From: Bacilli bacterium
GTDB taxonomy: Bacteria; Bacillota_I; Bacilli_A; RF39; UBA660
Length of the DNA: 64,000 bases
Assembly (NCBI GenBank): GCA_051886655.1
Contig: JBJEYJ010000086.1
Span: forward strand, 38-64,037
Direction of reading: 5' to 3'
This document shows positions 38,538 to 48,427 of this stretch, piece after piece (position 1 is the first letter of the stretch; every line of letters begins with the position of its first letter). Under the pieces are notes generated by a model that did not search any database, was not told the DNA's origin, and worked only from the letters and a program-made list of their open reading frames with translations. A program made the translations under genes and the position numbers.

Positions 38538-40271
38538 CTATGAAAAGAACATCATAGCAGCAATATTTCTTTGTTTTTTTCTTTTCTTTTTATCCTCTTC
38601 TTGTTTTATATAATATAGTCCATATTCAAAAGCAGAAAACTTATCTTTTTTTATTCCTCTTGAAGATTGCTTTAAAATAATATTAACACCTTCATTTTCT
38701 TCTACCAAATTTAACATTTGTTCTCTTAAAATAGTTGTTAATGTAAATGGTTTTAAGTACTCTGCTCTTTTATCTGCGTCCATATTCTGTCCCATTTTTG
38801 TACCCATTAATTTAGTTTTTGCTTGATTTTCATCTATTAAAAACTTTATCTTTCCGCTGGCTAGTTGAGTTTGTACATACGTATGGGCTTCAGTATTTAT
38901 TGGTGCATTTGCTTTAATTAAAAATAATGCATCTATTTCTGTTTCTCCAGTTTTATATTTTTTATAAAATCCTTCTTCATCATTTTCTACTCCAAAATCT
39001 GGTAATATTTCTCCGCTATCAGGATCTATTTGTGATTTAACCATATAATCTATTAATCCAATACCAAGTCCATTAGCATCAATTGCAATTTTTCTAGCTT
39101 TATATTTATAAAATAATCTTTTAATGTTAATAGCCTGTTCTTCAAAATGCTCTTCTTCTCAAGAGTACAAATTAACTAAAGTTTTTAATGAAGTTCCTTG
39201 CGCTTGCGGCGTTACTTTAAAAACACAAACTTCAGTTGTGCAACCCTTACGGCCAACGTCAACTCCAAGCACATAATATGCAGTTTTTGATGACCTTCCG
39301 CTAAATTCATATTCAGGTTGTAATAATACTCTATGTTTATCAAATTTTTCCGCAGAGAAAAATGCGTTTTCAGCATCACCACTTCATTCTGATTCATACT
39401 CTCTTGCAAAAGAACTATCATTATAAGTTCCATCTAATTTCAATTCTTCAATAAAACTTTTTCTTAATAACTTTTCCATAACAGGAACTCTTCAAGTTCC
39501 ACCTAATACAATAGCTTGTTCTGGATCAATTATTTGTTGAATTAAAGTTTGAATTAATTTTTCATAAGCAAAAGAATTTTTTCAACCAGCAGTAGTAACA
39601 AAAATTTGAGATTTATTAATTACTTCTTCCTCATGTCTACTTCCATCTGATAATCTTCTATCAACGTTCATAGTAGGAATAATAACTTCATTTAACATTG
39701 TTTGGTCTACTAGTATACACTCTTCAACTAATCCACCAGTAGCACGCTTACCTCTTGAAGATTGTTGAGCTGCCATAATATCTAACTTACTACCATTTTT
39801 AAATAAATATTCAACCATATTTTTAGAGGCTTTAGACGCTCCTCTTGACCAATCAATTTCATTCTTTAGTCCCGGAATTAATTTGCATAATTCTTCAGCT
39901 TTCTCTCTTGCAATACCTGCCGCCTGTTCTTTTCCTCCAGTAGTAACAAATAAATGAGCTCCTGGATATAAAACACATCTCAACATTAAAATTAATACTG
40001 ATAAAAATGACTTAGAATAAGCACGAGGAAAAGTTGCATAAGCATATCTATGACGCATTACCGCCCTTAAAAATAATCTTTGATAAAAAAACAAATGAAA
40101 ATTCTCTGGATTATTTCCGCATAAAAATTCAACAAACATATCTGGATATTCTCTTCAATATGCAATATACTGTCTAATTAATGGCATTTGTTGTCTAATT
40201 CTTTCTTCTGAAATACCTGTCTTTTTAGTCATCATAGAAGAAGATAATTTCATTAAATCTGCTAATGCCAT
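38538..40271 (-). CDS. terminase large subunit, about 577 aa
   Basis: Track ORFs 39582..40139 and 38538..39044 plus unlisted in-frame segments are joined by several TGA codons. ATG at 40271 overlaps the upstream TAG. ATPase and nuclease-like regions present. TAG stop at 38538. Confidence 0.8.
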
Positions 40272-40273
40272 GA

Positions 40274-41458
40274 CTAATCATCCCCTTTATATATTTCTTC
40301 ATCATTTTGTTTTTGTTCTTCTATACTATTATAAAATTCTTCAATATGTTCATCGATTAATTCACTTGGTTCTCCTGTTTCAAACTCTTGATCACTAGCT
40401 TCATTTAATTCTTGTTGAATTTGAATTTTCTTTAATGCATCTTCAATTTGTTGTCCAAAACCTAAATCTTGTGTAACAAGTTTATAAACATAATTATTCA
40501 TATCTTTTAATGTTAAGTCTACTTTATCTTGAGGAATATCTGTCGCAAAACGTGGAATAAAACCTTCTCTTTCACACATTGCAACTAGCTCTCCAACACA
40601 ATCAACAAAATCATTTTTTTCCTCTTTATTTTGAGCTGCAGTGAACTTTGCTGATTTTCTTAATGATTCGGATACTCTAGATAATTTTTGAAATCCATCT
40701 AAATCTCCTATATCTATTGCTTGATTCATTTTTAAATTTGTTTTACAAATCAAAATTAGAGTATTTATTGTATCCGCATCTTGAATATCAAAAGAAGCCA
40801 TCATTTCTTCATACATTTTTTCTAACTCTATTCATTCATTAGGTTTATATAATCTTCCTCATTTCATAGCTAAATATAATTTATCATCTTCTGTTAATTC
40901 TGCCGCAGGACCGCTTAATTCATCTTCATCTATGAAAGAAACATTTGAAGCAAATGGATTTCCAGATTCACTAGGAGATTGAGTAGGGGCAGCCGCATAT
41001 AATTCATTTTGTGCTTTTGCGCTTACTAAAGTTTTATATTCTGCTTCACTAATTTCTCCATTAGCGTATCTTTCTTTTGTCATTTTTTCTAATTCTTCTC
41101 ATTCTTTAGTTTTATTTAAATTTGTTTCTATATTTTTAGCTTGTAATTTTTCTGAATCACTCCATCTAAAATCTTTTCATTGCTTTAGTTTCATTTTTGA
41201 TATATACTTACCAAATACAGACATTCCATTTAAATTAGGATTTTTTGCAAAAGCTCTATCTCTTAAAACATTTCATTCCTCTGGAATATAAGGAACATCC
41301 ATTTTTTCTAATAATCATAAAAATGTGTCTGGATTAAAATTATCTATATGCATAGTTAAACATTTTTTACATAATTCTGTTTTTCTTCCATCTTTATATG
41401 TATAAAATTGATTTTCATCCATTGTCTTTCCACATTTTTCACAAACACATGTAGACAT
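40274..41458 (-). CDS. DNA-packaging / terminase small subunit-like protein, about 394 aa, with an N-terminal C4 zinc ribbon
   Basis: AAAGGAG RBS. CVCEKCGK...CKKC motif. Five in-frame TGA codons. Lies immediately upstream of terL. Confidence 0.4.
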
Positions 41459-41475
41459 ATTCTTCATCTCCTTTA

Positions 41476-42573
41476 TTTATTTTTATTATTTCTACAATCT
41501 TTACAAATTGAATAAAATCCATCTTTAGATGTTTTATTCTTTGAAAAGAATTTATTATTAGCTAGTTTAATTTGGCCGCATCTTGAACATTTTTTTCATT
41601 TGCCATATTCTCTTTCTGTATAATACCAAATTAAATAATCTTTTTTTGCGTATTCGGCTAATAATTTTGGAATTTTATTACGCCATAAAGAAGATATATA
41701 CTCTACTGAATGTTTTATACCATATTTCATTTCTAATAGCATTTGAATTTCTACATTTTGTTTACCGTCAATTTTATATATTAATAAATCATAATATAAA
41801 GGATACTCATCTTTTAATGTATCTTCAATTAAATTATCTAAATCTTCCATTAAATAATATATATCATTAATAAAATTTCCATAAGCTTCTTCCTTTAATG
41901 TAGAATAGTTGCATAATAAAGCAGATAAATGTTTAGGATTAAAAAATGACACTAATCCATCATTATGAGGCTCACCATTCTCATCGATGGTAATTTTATC
42001 TGCAAAATCAGAACGTGCAAAACTTTTTATCATATTTGAACCATAAATAGGTTGTTTATATTCTCCTTTGATTGTATATTGACTTTGACACATTTCAATT
42101 AATTGTTTTTTAAGTAAAAATTTCTTTTTTCCTGTTGCCTGTTTTTCTTGCTCTTTTACAATATCTATTGCTTCTTTTAAATCTCTTAATGGTTTAATTT
42201 CTTCTAAATCTTTTTCTGTAATTGAAACTTTTGGAGTTAAAATAACATTTTTATCTTCATGAATTAAATTATAAAGACCATCTTCTCCATTCTCAAATTT
42301 ACTTACTAATCCTTGATAAGATGTTTCTCTTTTATTTACAGTTATCATTCTATTTTCAGTTAATATATTTCTTTGTTTTCTTTCTTCTTTATCCATTGCA
42401 AAAATAATATAATCAGACAATATTTCTATATATTGATTTGTAAGTTTTTCTGGTGGTAATTCTTTTATAATTTTTGCTACAAAATCACTACGTTCTTCAG
42501 GAGACTTTAAAGTATAATCTAACTTTTTTGCGGTATTATTATTCTCTTGTTTTTCTACTTCCGCGTCATTCAT
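41476..42573 (-). CDS. hypothetical protein of about 365 aa with a C-terminal zinc ribbon (CSRCG...CKDC)
   Basis: Track ORF 41596..42573 continues past TGA to TAA near 41476. First gene of the leftward operon. Confidence 0.55.
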
Positions 42574-42638
42574 TTATACAATTTCGCTCCTTTCTTAAGA
42601 TAATTATTAAAATTTAATTATCTTTGACCTTTAATTAT

Positions 42639-42667
42639 ATTTTACCATAAAAAATTTTATTTGTCAA
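42639..42667 (-). promoter_or_regulatory. leftward promoter for the late/packaging operon (TTGACA, 17 nt, TAAAAT)
   Basis: Read on the minus strand; divergent from the early promoter. Confidence 0.4.
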
Positions 42668-42688
42668 GAGCGTTTCATGCATTTTTAA

Positions 42689-42717
42689 TTGATTAATTAT
42701 AAAAAATATAATATAAT
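42689..42717 (+). promoter_or_regulatory. rightward early promoter (TTGATT, 17 nt, TATAAT)
   Basis: Consensus spacing upstream of the first early gene. Confidence 0.45.
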
Positions 42718-42751
42718 ATATATAGAAAAAAATAAAGGAGTTGATATTATT

Positions 42752-43681
42752 ATGATAATAGATTTTACTTCAACAATAGTAGGAATAATTGGATATATAA
42801 TTATTTTATTCATTCTTGCTATTTTATGTAGTAAAATAGATGCGGGAAACCAGCCTAAAGATGCCATAGAGCGACGTCTCCGCGCCCATTATAAAGAATT
42901 AGAAAAAAGAGGATATGAAATTGTATGTTTATGTTTACAGGGAAGTCAAAACTATGGTTTAGATGAATATTCAAATGAATATCAATCTGATGTAGATTCT
43001 AAAGCTATTGTTTTACCAACATTTAAAGATTTTGTTTATAATAAAAGTCCTGTAAGTACAACGATTGTATTAGATAATAATGAACATATTGATGTAAAAG
43101 ATATTAGAGTTATGTTTGATATGTTTAAAAAAGAAAATATTAGTTATATTGAATTATTATATACAAAATATAAAATTATTAATCCTAAATATAAAAAATA
43201 CATTACTCCAGTCTTTGAGAACCGTGAAGCCATTGCCGCATTAAATACAAATCAATTTGTAAGATGTATTGCTGGCATGAGTATGGAAAAAAGAAAAGCG
43301 CTTTGTCATCCTTATCCAAATTTAATAGAAAAAATAGAAAAATATGGATTTGATGGAAAACAATTAAGTCATTGTGTAAGATTAAACAACTTTTTGTATA
43401 AATATATGAATAATTGCACAATAGCAGATTGTTTTGATGCGGATAGTAAAGAGGAATTAATGAATTATAAAAAACAATTAGTTAAAGATGGTTCTAGAAT
43501 TATGACAAAAGAAGAAGCAATTGAATTATGCGATGCTATGGATCAAAGTACTGCCGCAATGAAAGAACTTATTATAAGTTCGCATGAAGAAAAAATTGAT
43601 TATAATACTATTGATTTTTTAAATAAAATTAAATATAATATTTTAAAGAAAAAATTTAAGGAGGATTTAAAATGGTTATAG
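42752..43681 (+). CDS. Pol-beta-superfamily nucleotidyltransferase-fold protein with an N-terminal TM helix, about 309 aa
   Basis: AAAGGAG RBS then ATG at 42752. GS-x13-SDVD motif (LQGSQNYGLDEYSNEYQSDVD). Hydrophobic N-terminus IVGIIGYIIILFILAIL. TAG stop. Confidence 0.6.
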   Translation: MIIDFTSTIVGIIGYIIILFILAILCSKIDAGNQPKDAIERRLRAHYKELEKRGYEIVCLCLQGSQNYGLDEYSNEYQSDVDSKAIVLPTFKDFVYNKSPVSTTIVLDNNEHIDVKDIRVMFDMFKKENISYIELLYTKYKIINPKYKKYITPVFENREAIAALNTNQFVRCIAGMSMEKRKALCHPYPNLIEKIEKYGFDGKQLSHCVRLNNFLYKYMNNCTIADCFDADSKEELMNYKKQLVKDGSRIMTKEEAIELCDAMDQSTAAMKELIISSHEEKIDYNTIDFLNKIKYNILKKKFKEDLKWL

Positions 43682-43986
43682 TTACATCTAGTCAAATGAG
43701 AGAGAAAACTGAAAATGGTCTTAAAAATAAAGCTAAAGAGACTCTTGAAGTATTGTTGCCTGAGTTAGAAAAAAGTGCGGCGGATGGCAAATATGAGCTA
43801 TTTTATCGCGGAACATTAAATCAAGAAGCAGTTGATATTTTGAAAAGAGCTGGATATAAAGTTAAATATACGAGTGGAGAATTTGATGATTTTGGTAATT
43901 ATTATCAAGGATTCTTTTATATTAATTGGAAAGGGAAAAGAAAATTAAAAACAAAAATTAAGAATTTATTTTGTGGAGGATATTAA
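43672..43986 (+). CDS. hypothetical protein, 104 aa
   Basis: Track ORF. GGAGG RBS. ATG overlaps the upstream stop. Confidence 0.55.
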   Translation: MVIVTSSQMREKTENGLKNKAKETLEVLLPELEKSAADGKYELFYRGTLNQEAVDILKRAGYKVKYTSGEFDDFGNYYQGFFYINWKGKRKLKTKIKNLFCGGY

Positions 43987-44099
43987 TGGATAGTGTTGTT
44001 GCAGCTTTATTAACGATAGCTTGGGCTAGTACCAAAAATAGAGATGTTAGTCAACAAGAAATAAAATCTGTTTATAAGAATATGAAAGATAGTTTGTAA
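43986..44099 (+). CDS. small protein of about 37 aa
   Basis: TAATG overlap with the upstream gene. Translation MDSVVAALLTIAWASTKNRDVSQQEIKSVYKNMKDSL. Confidence 0.3.
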   Translation: MDSVVAALLTIAWASTKNRDVSQQEIKSVYKNMKDSL

Positions 44100-44665
44100 A
44101 ATATGTTATCGTATTTAGATTTTAAAAATGGATTTGGAGATTTTTAAAACGAGGGCAAATTAATTTTCAATATTTAAAAAAATTTTTTCCCAAAACATAC
44201 TCCCCCCAGAAAAAGAAATAAGTACGTTCAGTAGATTAGACAAAATAAAAAAATGCACAATCGCTCAATAGCCCCAGATAAAAAAGATTTAAAATAAAAC
44301 TATTTAAATCTTTTTTCTTTGCTTAATGATGCGATAATCAAATGCGTCGGCTTGCCAGCGGCCAAGGCAAGCCGCTTTGAGGTTAATATAATAGCTTTGC
44401 AAATTTTTTTATAGCTTTCATGCAAACAGATGTTCATGTGATGTTCCTATAACTCAGTTGCATCAAGCACTACAGCTGTTTCCTTACAGTGTCAACAGAT
44501 CCAGATCTACAAGGCGCAAAAAATGAACAAATGTTTACATTCCTTGCAAGCCTTGATACTGTAGGGCTCTAGCTGCTGCCGCAAACATTTGTTTACCTCT
44601 TGTAGAAGTTTACATAATCACTTGCAAATAAAATAAAAAAAAATAAAAAATTTTAATCAAAATGC

Positions 44666-44694
44666 TTGACAAATAAACACAATGGGTGTATAAT
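44666..44694 (+). promoter_or_regulatory. early promoter cassette (TTGACA, 17 nt, TATAAT) preceded by an A/T-tract UP-like element
   Basis: Perfect consensus hexamers with 17-nt spacing. Confidence 0.6.
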
Positions 44695-44726
44695 AAGTAT
44701 GAAGATAAGGAAAGGAGCTGATTGGT

Positions 44727-45044
44727 ATGATAGAGTTACAAATAACACTATTTGATAAGAATAAAAAGTATAAGCCAATGAGTACAATAGTAAAGATAGA
44801 AAGTATTGATTATTACAATACACACAAAGCAGAAGTACAAAAAAGAGCAATAGAGAACATAGCACATCAAAGGAAGATGTTACCAAGTGAGATAATAAAA
44901 GCAGGTTATACACAAGTTAAAACAAGAGTGTATGACAAAGAAAAGATAAAAGAACAACAAGAACTACAACATAAAATAAATTTAATTAAATACATTGAAA
45001 GAAAAAGAGAAGAAAGAAAGGAAAGTGATAATCTATGAGAATAA
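44727..45044 (+). CDS. hypothetical protein of 103 to 105 aa
   Basis: Track ORF. Ends at TGA (45036) that overlaps the next ATG and is followed two codons later by in-frame TAA. Confidence 0.55.
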
Positions 45045-45367
45045 CAAAAGTAATAAAAATGGTAAAAAAAAGTAATGTATTAACAAAGCAAGAGAAAAGA
45101 GGACTAATCATAAAAGGACTAATAGAAACTATAGTCAATGTCTATAAGACTATAGTCAAAGTACCTTTTGCTATAATAGGAATGATACTTGTTACACTTG
45201 AAACACTATTACATACAATAGCAGAAGGAATAGAACTAATAGAACAAGTGTTTAGTTGTATAGTAATACTACTTGACGAGAAATTACCAGAATGTAGTTT
45301 AACAAAAGGTCAAGCAAGAGATAAATTGATAAAAGAAATAAAAACAAACACTTTTAAAGTAAAATAG
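45035..45367 (+). CDS. small membrane protein, 110 aa
   Basis: Track ORF with a hydrophobic core (FAIIGMILVTLETLL). Confidence 0.55.
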   Translation: MRITKVIKMVKKSNVLTKQEKRGLIIKGLIETIVNVYKTIVKVPFAIIGMILVTLETLLHTIAEGIELIEQVFSCIVILLDEKLPECSLTKGQARDKLIKEIKTNTFKVK

Positions 45368-45382
45368 AAAGGGTTGATAAAA

Positions 45383-45550
45383 ATGAAAAAATTTTTAATT
45401 TTAGTTATTTGTTTATTATTAGGATTTATAAGTGGCATTGTTTATACAATAGAAACAATGCAAGTAGACATAGTAAGTGAAACTAGCAAAGGTGCAGTTA
45501 TAAGAATAATAGTATTAAATCAATGGTTTAATCATTATGTAGAAAAATAA
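45383..45550 (+). CDS. small membrane or secreted protein of about 55 aa
   Basis: ATG after GGGTTGATAAAA. Translation MKKFLILVICLLLGFISGIVYTIE... Confidence 0.4.
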   Translation: MKKFLILVICLLLGFISGIVYTIETMQVDIVSETSKGAVIRIIVLNQWFNHYVEK

Positions 45551-45571
45551 AATAAAAAAATAAAAAAACTA

Positions 45572-45600
45572 TTGACAAAATACCTTTTAGGGTGTATAAT
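45572..45600 (+). promoter_or_regulatory. early promoter cassette (TTGACA, 17 nt, TATAAT)
   Basis: Consensus hexamers with an upstream A-tract. Confidence 0.6.
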
Positions 45601-45629
45601 AATTATAGAAAAAGGAAAGGTGATTTAAA

Positions 45630-46106
45630 ATGAAAAAAATATTTTTAGATTTAGATGGAACAGTAGCAAAGTTCAATGTGAGAAATGCTTTAAAAAGATT
45701 TGAAACAGAAAAAGGGTTCTTCGCAAAGTTAGGAGCATACAAAGGAATTGAAAAAATTAATGAAATGGCAAAATGCGGAAATGTTTACATAATTAGTGCA
45801 AGTCCTAATGAACAAGCAGATAGCGACAAAATGGAATGGATAGAAAAATACTTAAATAATGTACCAATGGAAAATAGACTAATTTGCAGATGTGGAGATA
45901 ATAAGGCAGAGTTCTTAAAAGCAAAAGGAATTGAAATTGACAAGAATTGCTACTTATTAGATGATTACACAAAAAACTTAATAGAGTGGGAAGAAGTTGG
46001 CGGAATTGGTATAAAAAGAATTACAAAAGTAGCAGACAATAGCAGAAAACTTTGGAAAGGTTTAGAAGTGAAAAATTTAGGCAACCTAGCAACAGTGGTT
46101 GCCTAA
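45630..46106 (+). CDS. HAD-superfamily 5'(3')-deoxyribonucleotidase-like phosphatase, 158 aa
   Basis: N-terminal FLDLDGTVAKF (DxDGT motif I). Size matches NT5C-type phage dNMP phosphatases. Confidence 0.65.
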   Translation: MKKIFLDLDGTVAKFNVRNALKRFETEKGFFAKLGAYKGIEKINEMAKCGNVYIISASPNEQADSDKMEWIEKYLNNVPMENRLICRCGDNKAEFLKAKGIEIDKNCYLLDDYTKNLIEWEEVGGIGIKRITKVADNSRKLWKGLEVKNLGNLATVVA

Positions 46107-46121
46107 TAGATAGGAGGAAAA

Positions 46122-46325
46122 ATGGAAGAAGTTTATCATTGCAAAAAATGTGGTAAAGAATTAGAGTGGGCTGATACAATAGACCATGAGGGAGGAATAC
46201 AAGAGGGTTACATAATAGAAAGACAAATTTGGACTTGTGAAGATTGCGACACCTCTTATGTAATAGAGCAAAGAGCGGATTTTCAAGAGCAAGATGTATC
46301 AACAATTTATTTTGAAGAAAGTTAA
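46122..46325 (+). CDS. zinc-ribbon protein, 67 aa
   Basis: CKKCGK...CEDCD four-Cys motif. Confidence 0.5.
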   Translation: MEEVYHCKKCGKELEWADTIDHEGGIQEGYIIERQIWTCEDCDTSYVIEQRADFQEQDVSTIYFEES

Positions 46326-46336
46326 TAGATTATGTA

Positions 46337-46364
46337 AACTGCGGCAACCGCAGTTTTTATTTTA
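46337..46364 (+). terminator. rho-independent terminator (AACTGCGG-CAAC-CCGCAGTT plus T-run), itself embedded in an inverted pair of ATTATGTAAAC / GTTTACATAAT
   Basis: Seen directly. Confidence 0.65.
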
Positions 46365-46462
46365 CATAATCTAGGGTAAACTAATTATGTAAACTATTCG
46401 CTGGCGCGCGTGCGGTTGTGGCGCGCCGTTTGACAGTTAACATAATCACTTGCAATAATTTG

Positions 46463-46496
46463 CGAACAAATGTACGCTTTTTCGAACAAATGTTCG
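46463..46496. promoter_or_regulatory. two tandem LexA 'Cheo' boxes: CGAACAAATGTACG (one mismatch) and CGAACAAATGTTCG (perfect Gram-positive SOS box)
   Basis: Firmicutes LexA consensus is CGAAC-N4-GTTCG. Centres are 20 bp apart. Confidence 0.55.
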
Positions 46497-46603
46497 CATC
46501 CCAAAACTCTTGATACTCTAGCGTTTGATCGGATCGCCGCAATCCTTACAGCCTCAAGGCATTGCCGCTCTTGAAAAAAATAAAAATTTTTTTTAAAAAA
46601 TGC

Positions 46604-46632
46604 TTGACAAACAATACAAATGGTAGTATAAT
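46604..46632 (+). promoter_or_regulatory. early promoter cassette (TTGACA, 17 nt, TATAAT)
   Basis: Consensus, with UP-like A/T tracts. Confidence 0.6.
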
Positions 46633-46663
46633 AATTACAGAGTTAAGGAAAGAGGGTATAAAA

Positions 46664-47362
46664 ATGAAAGTTGATAAAAGAAAAAAATATTTAATGGTTT
46701 TAGATGTAGAAACTACAAACAATATTATGGAAAAAGGAGCTCCAAACGATGGTTTGGTTTATGATATAGGTTTTACAATTATTGATAAACAAGGAAACAT
46801 TTACGCAAAAAGAAGTTTTGCAATTAAAGAAATATTTGATTGGAAAGAACTTATGTCTACTGCTTATTATGCTAAAAAATTACCTATTTATTATGAAAGA
46901 CTTAAACAAGGAAAAATGGAAAAGATTACAATTTGGCAAGCAAGAAAAAGAATACACCAAGCAATAGAATACTTTGGAATAAAAGAAGTGTATGCCTACA
47001 ATGCAAATTTTGATTATACAACATTAAATAATACAGTTAGATATTTAAGTGGAAGTGCTTGTCGTTGGTTTTTTCCTTATGGAACACAAATTTGTGATAT
47101 TTGGCACATTGCTTGTCAAACATTATGTCTACAAAAAACTTTCCAATGGGAAAATGTAAGAAATGCAAACAATAATTTAATTACAAATGCAGAAAGAGTG
47201 TTTGGCTATTGTGAACAAACAGATTTTGAAGAAGAACACACAGGGCTAGCCGATGCAATAGTAGAAAGTCAAATTTTAGCAAGATGTTTTAAATCACATA
47301 AAAGCATTGATAAAAAAATAAATAGGGCTTGTTGGAGAATACCACAACAAGCCACTGCCTAA
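46664..47362 (+). CDS. DEDDh-family 3'-5' exonuclease (DnaQ / RNase T-like), about 232 aa
   Basis: Exo I LVLDVETT, Exo II YAYNANFDY and Exo III HTGLADA motifs. RBS AAGGAAAGAGGG. All 6 Trp are TGG. Confidence 0.75.
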   Translation: MKVDKRKKYLMVLDVETTNNIMEKGAPNDGLVYDIGFTIIDKQGNIYAKRSFAIKEIFDWKELMSTAYYAKKLPIYYERLKQGKMEKITIWQARKRIHQAIEYFGIKEVYAYNANFDYTTLNNTVRYLSGSACRWFFPYGTQICDIWHIACQTLCLQKTFQWENVRNANNNLITNAERVFGYCEQTDFEEEHTGLADAIVESQILARCFKSHKSIDKKINRACWRIPQQATA

Positions 47363-47392
47363 AAAAAAAATAAAAATTTTTTTAAAAAAGTA

Positions 47393-47421
47393 TTGACAAA
47401 TAATACAAATGGTAGTATAAT
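47393..47421 (+). promoter_or_regulatory. early promoter cassette (TTGACA, 17 nt, TATAAT)
   Basis: Consensus. Confidence 0.6.
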
Positions 47422-47454
47422 AATTATAGAAGTTAGGAAAGAGGAGGAAAACAA

Positions 47455-47619
47455 ATGAAAGAGTTAGTAAAAAATTTAATAGGTGGAATAATTTTAACAG
47501 GTTTAGTACTAGGGTTCTTCTATTTACTAGGAATAGTAGAAATGATAATAGAAAGACATTTTTGGTTAATGATACCACTAACAATTTATGTAATCTATTT
47601 AATATTAAAAGAAATTTAA
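47455..47619 (+). CDS. small membrane protein of about 54 aa
   Basis: GAGGAGG RBS. Two predicted TM segments. Not in the track because it is shorter than 60 aa. Confidence 0.45.
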   Translation: MKELVKNLIGGIILTGLVLGFFYLLGIVEMIIERHFWLMIPLTIYVIYLILKEI

Positions 47620-47628
47620 AAAAAAGTA

Positions 47629-47657
47629 TTGACAAATATTAAAAAATAGAATATAAT
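47629..47657 (+). promoter_or_regulatory. early promoter cassette
   Basis: TTGACA, 17 nt, TATAAT. Confidence 0.55.
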
Positions 47658-47684
47658 ATAATAAAGAAAGGGAAGGTGATAACA

Positions 47685-47915
47685 ATGATAACTTTTAAGT
47701 CAATAACAGTTTTAAAGTTAATCCAAGAAAAACTTTTTAATCAAACAGAGGATTTTGAAGAAGAATATTACTTTATTGTAAATGATATTTTCTTTCCTAT
47801 TCAAGAAATATTTGTTTTTGAAGGTGGGATAGAAGTAAAAAATACATCTTATGATATAGACATTGAAATAAAAGCAAATGAAAAAGACTTGATCTGGAAA
47901 AAAGAAGAAGAATAA
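47685..47915 (+). CDS. hypothetical protein of about 76 aa
   Basis: GGAAGGTG RBS then ATG. Confidence 0.5.
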   Translation: MITFKSITVLKLIQEKLFNQTEDFEEEYYFIVNDIFFPIQEIFVFEGGIEVKNTSYDIDIEIKANEKDLIWKKEEE

Positions 47916-47941
47916 AAAATAAAAATTTTTTCAAAAAAGTA

Positions 47942-47970
47942 TTGACAAACAAAAGAAAAAGTAGTATAAT
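47942..47970 (+). promoter_or_regulatory. early promoter cassette
   Basis: TTGACA, 17 nt, TATAAT, followed by a long structured leader. Confidence 0.55.
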
Positions 47971-48058
47971 AAAAGTACAATAAGGGTAGGGTAAAAAGTT
48001 GATAATAACCTACGGTAGCAACTCATAAATAAAATTTTTGAAAGGTTAGGTGGTAGTT

Positions 48059-48427
48059 ATGGCAAACAAAGTAACTAAAAAAGAAAGATTTATGGAGTTA
48101 TTAAACATTAGAGAGGTAGCAGAAAATGCGGAAATGGTAGAGTTCATTAATCACGAACTAGAACTATTAAATAAAAAAAGTGCAAAAAGTGGTATGACAG
48201 CAAATCAAAAAGTAAATGAAGGACTAAAAGAGGTTATTACAGAACATTTAAAACTAGCAGGAAGAGCAATGACAATTACAGAACTACAAAGCGAAATTAA
48301 AGAAATTGCAGAATTAAGTAATCAAAAAGTAAGTGCATTACTAACACAACTTGTAAATACTAATGTAATCATTAGAGAGAAAGACAAAAAGACAACATTG
48401 TTCAAATACAACGATGAACAAATATAG
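48059..48427 (+). CDS. paralog family A member 1: small protein with a C-terminal winged-helix-like region (regulator?)
   Basis: Shares ELELL.KK.AKSGMTANQKVNE and a C-terminal SNQK.SALL..LV.T...KDKK.T.F block with 50242..50607 (plus strand) and 55363..55719 (minus strand). Confidence 0.6.
   Translation: MANKVTKKERFMELLNIREVAENAEMVEFINHELELLNKKSAKSGMTANQKVNEGLKEVITEHLKLAGRAMTITELQSEIKEIAELSNQKVSALLTQLVNTNVIIREKDKKTTLFKYNDEQI

Noticed and set aside
1-42573. Genetic code 25 (TGA = Gly) or a native code-4 Mollicute host
   Set aside because: The TGA in the endolysin GH25 WVAQ motif and hydrophobic contexts (FLWLL, EWIELE) favour Trp. Strong AGGAGG RBSs, LexA Cheo boxes and exclusive TGG use in early and most-abundant virion genes argue against a native code-4 background. 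Not formally excluded.
42689-42751. N-terminal extension of track ORF 42689..43681 (MINYKKYNIIYIEKNKGVDII)
   Set aside because: It overlaps the promoter hexamers. A strong RBS (AAAGGAG) sits directly before the internal ATG at 42752.
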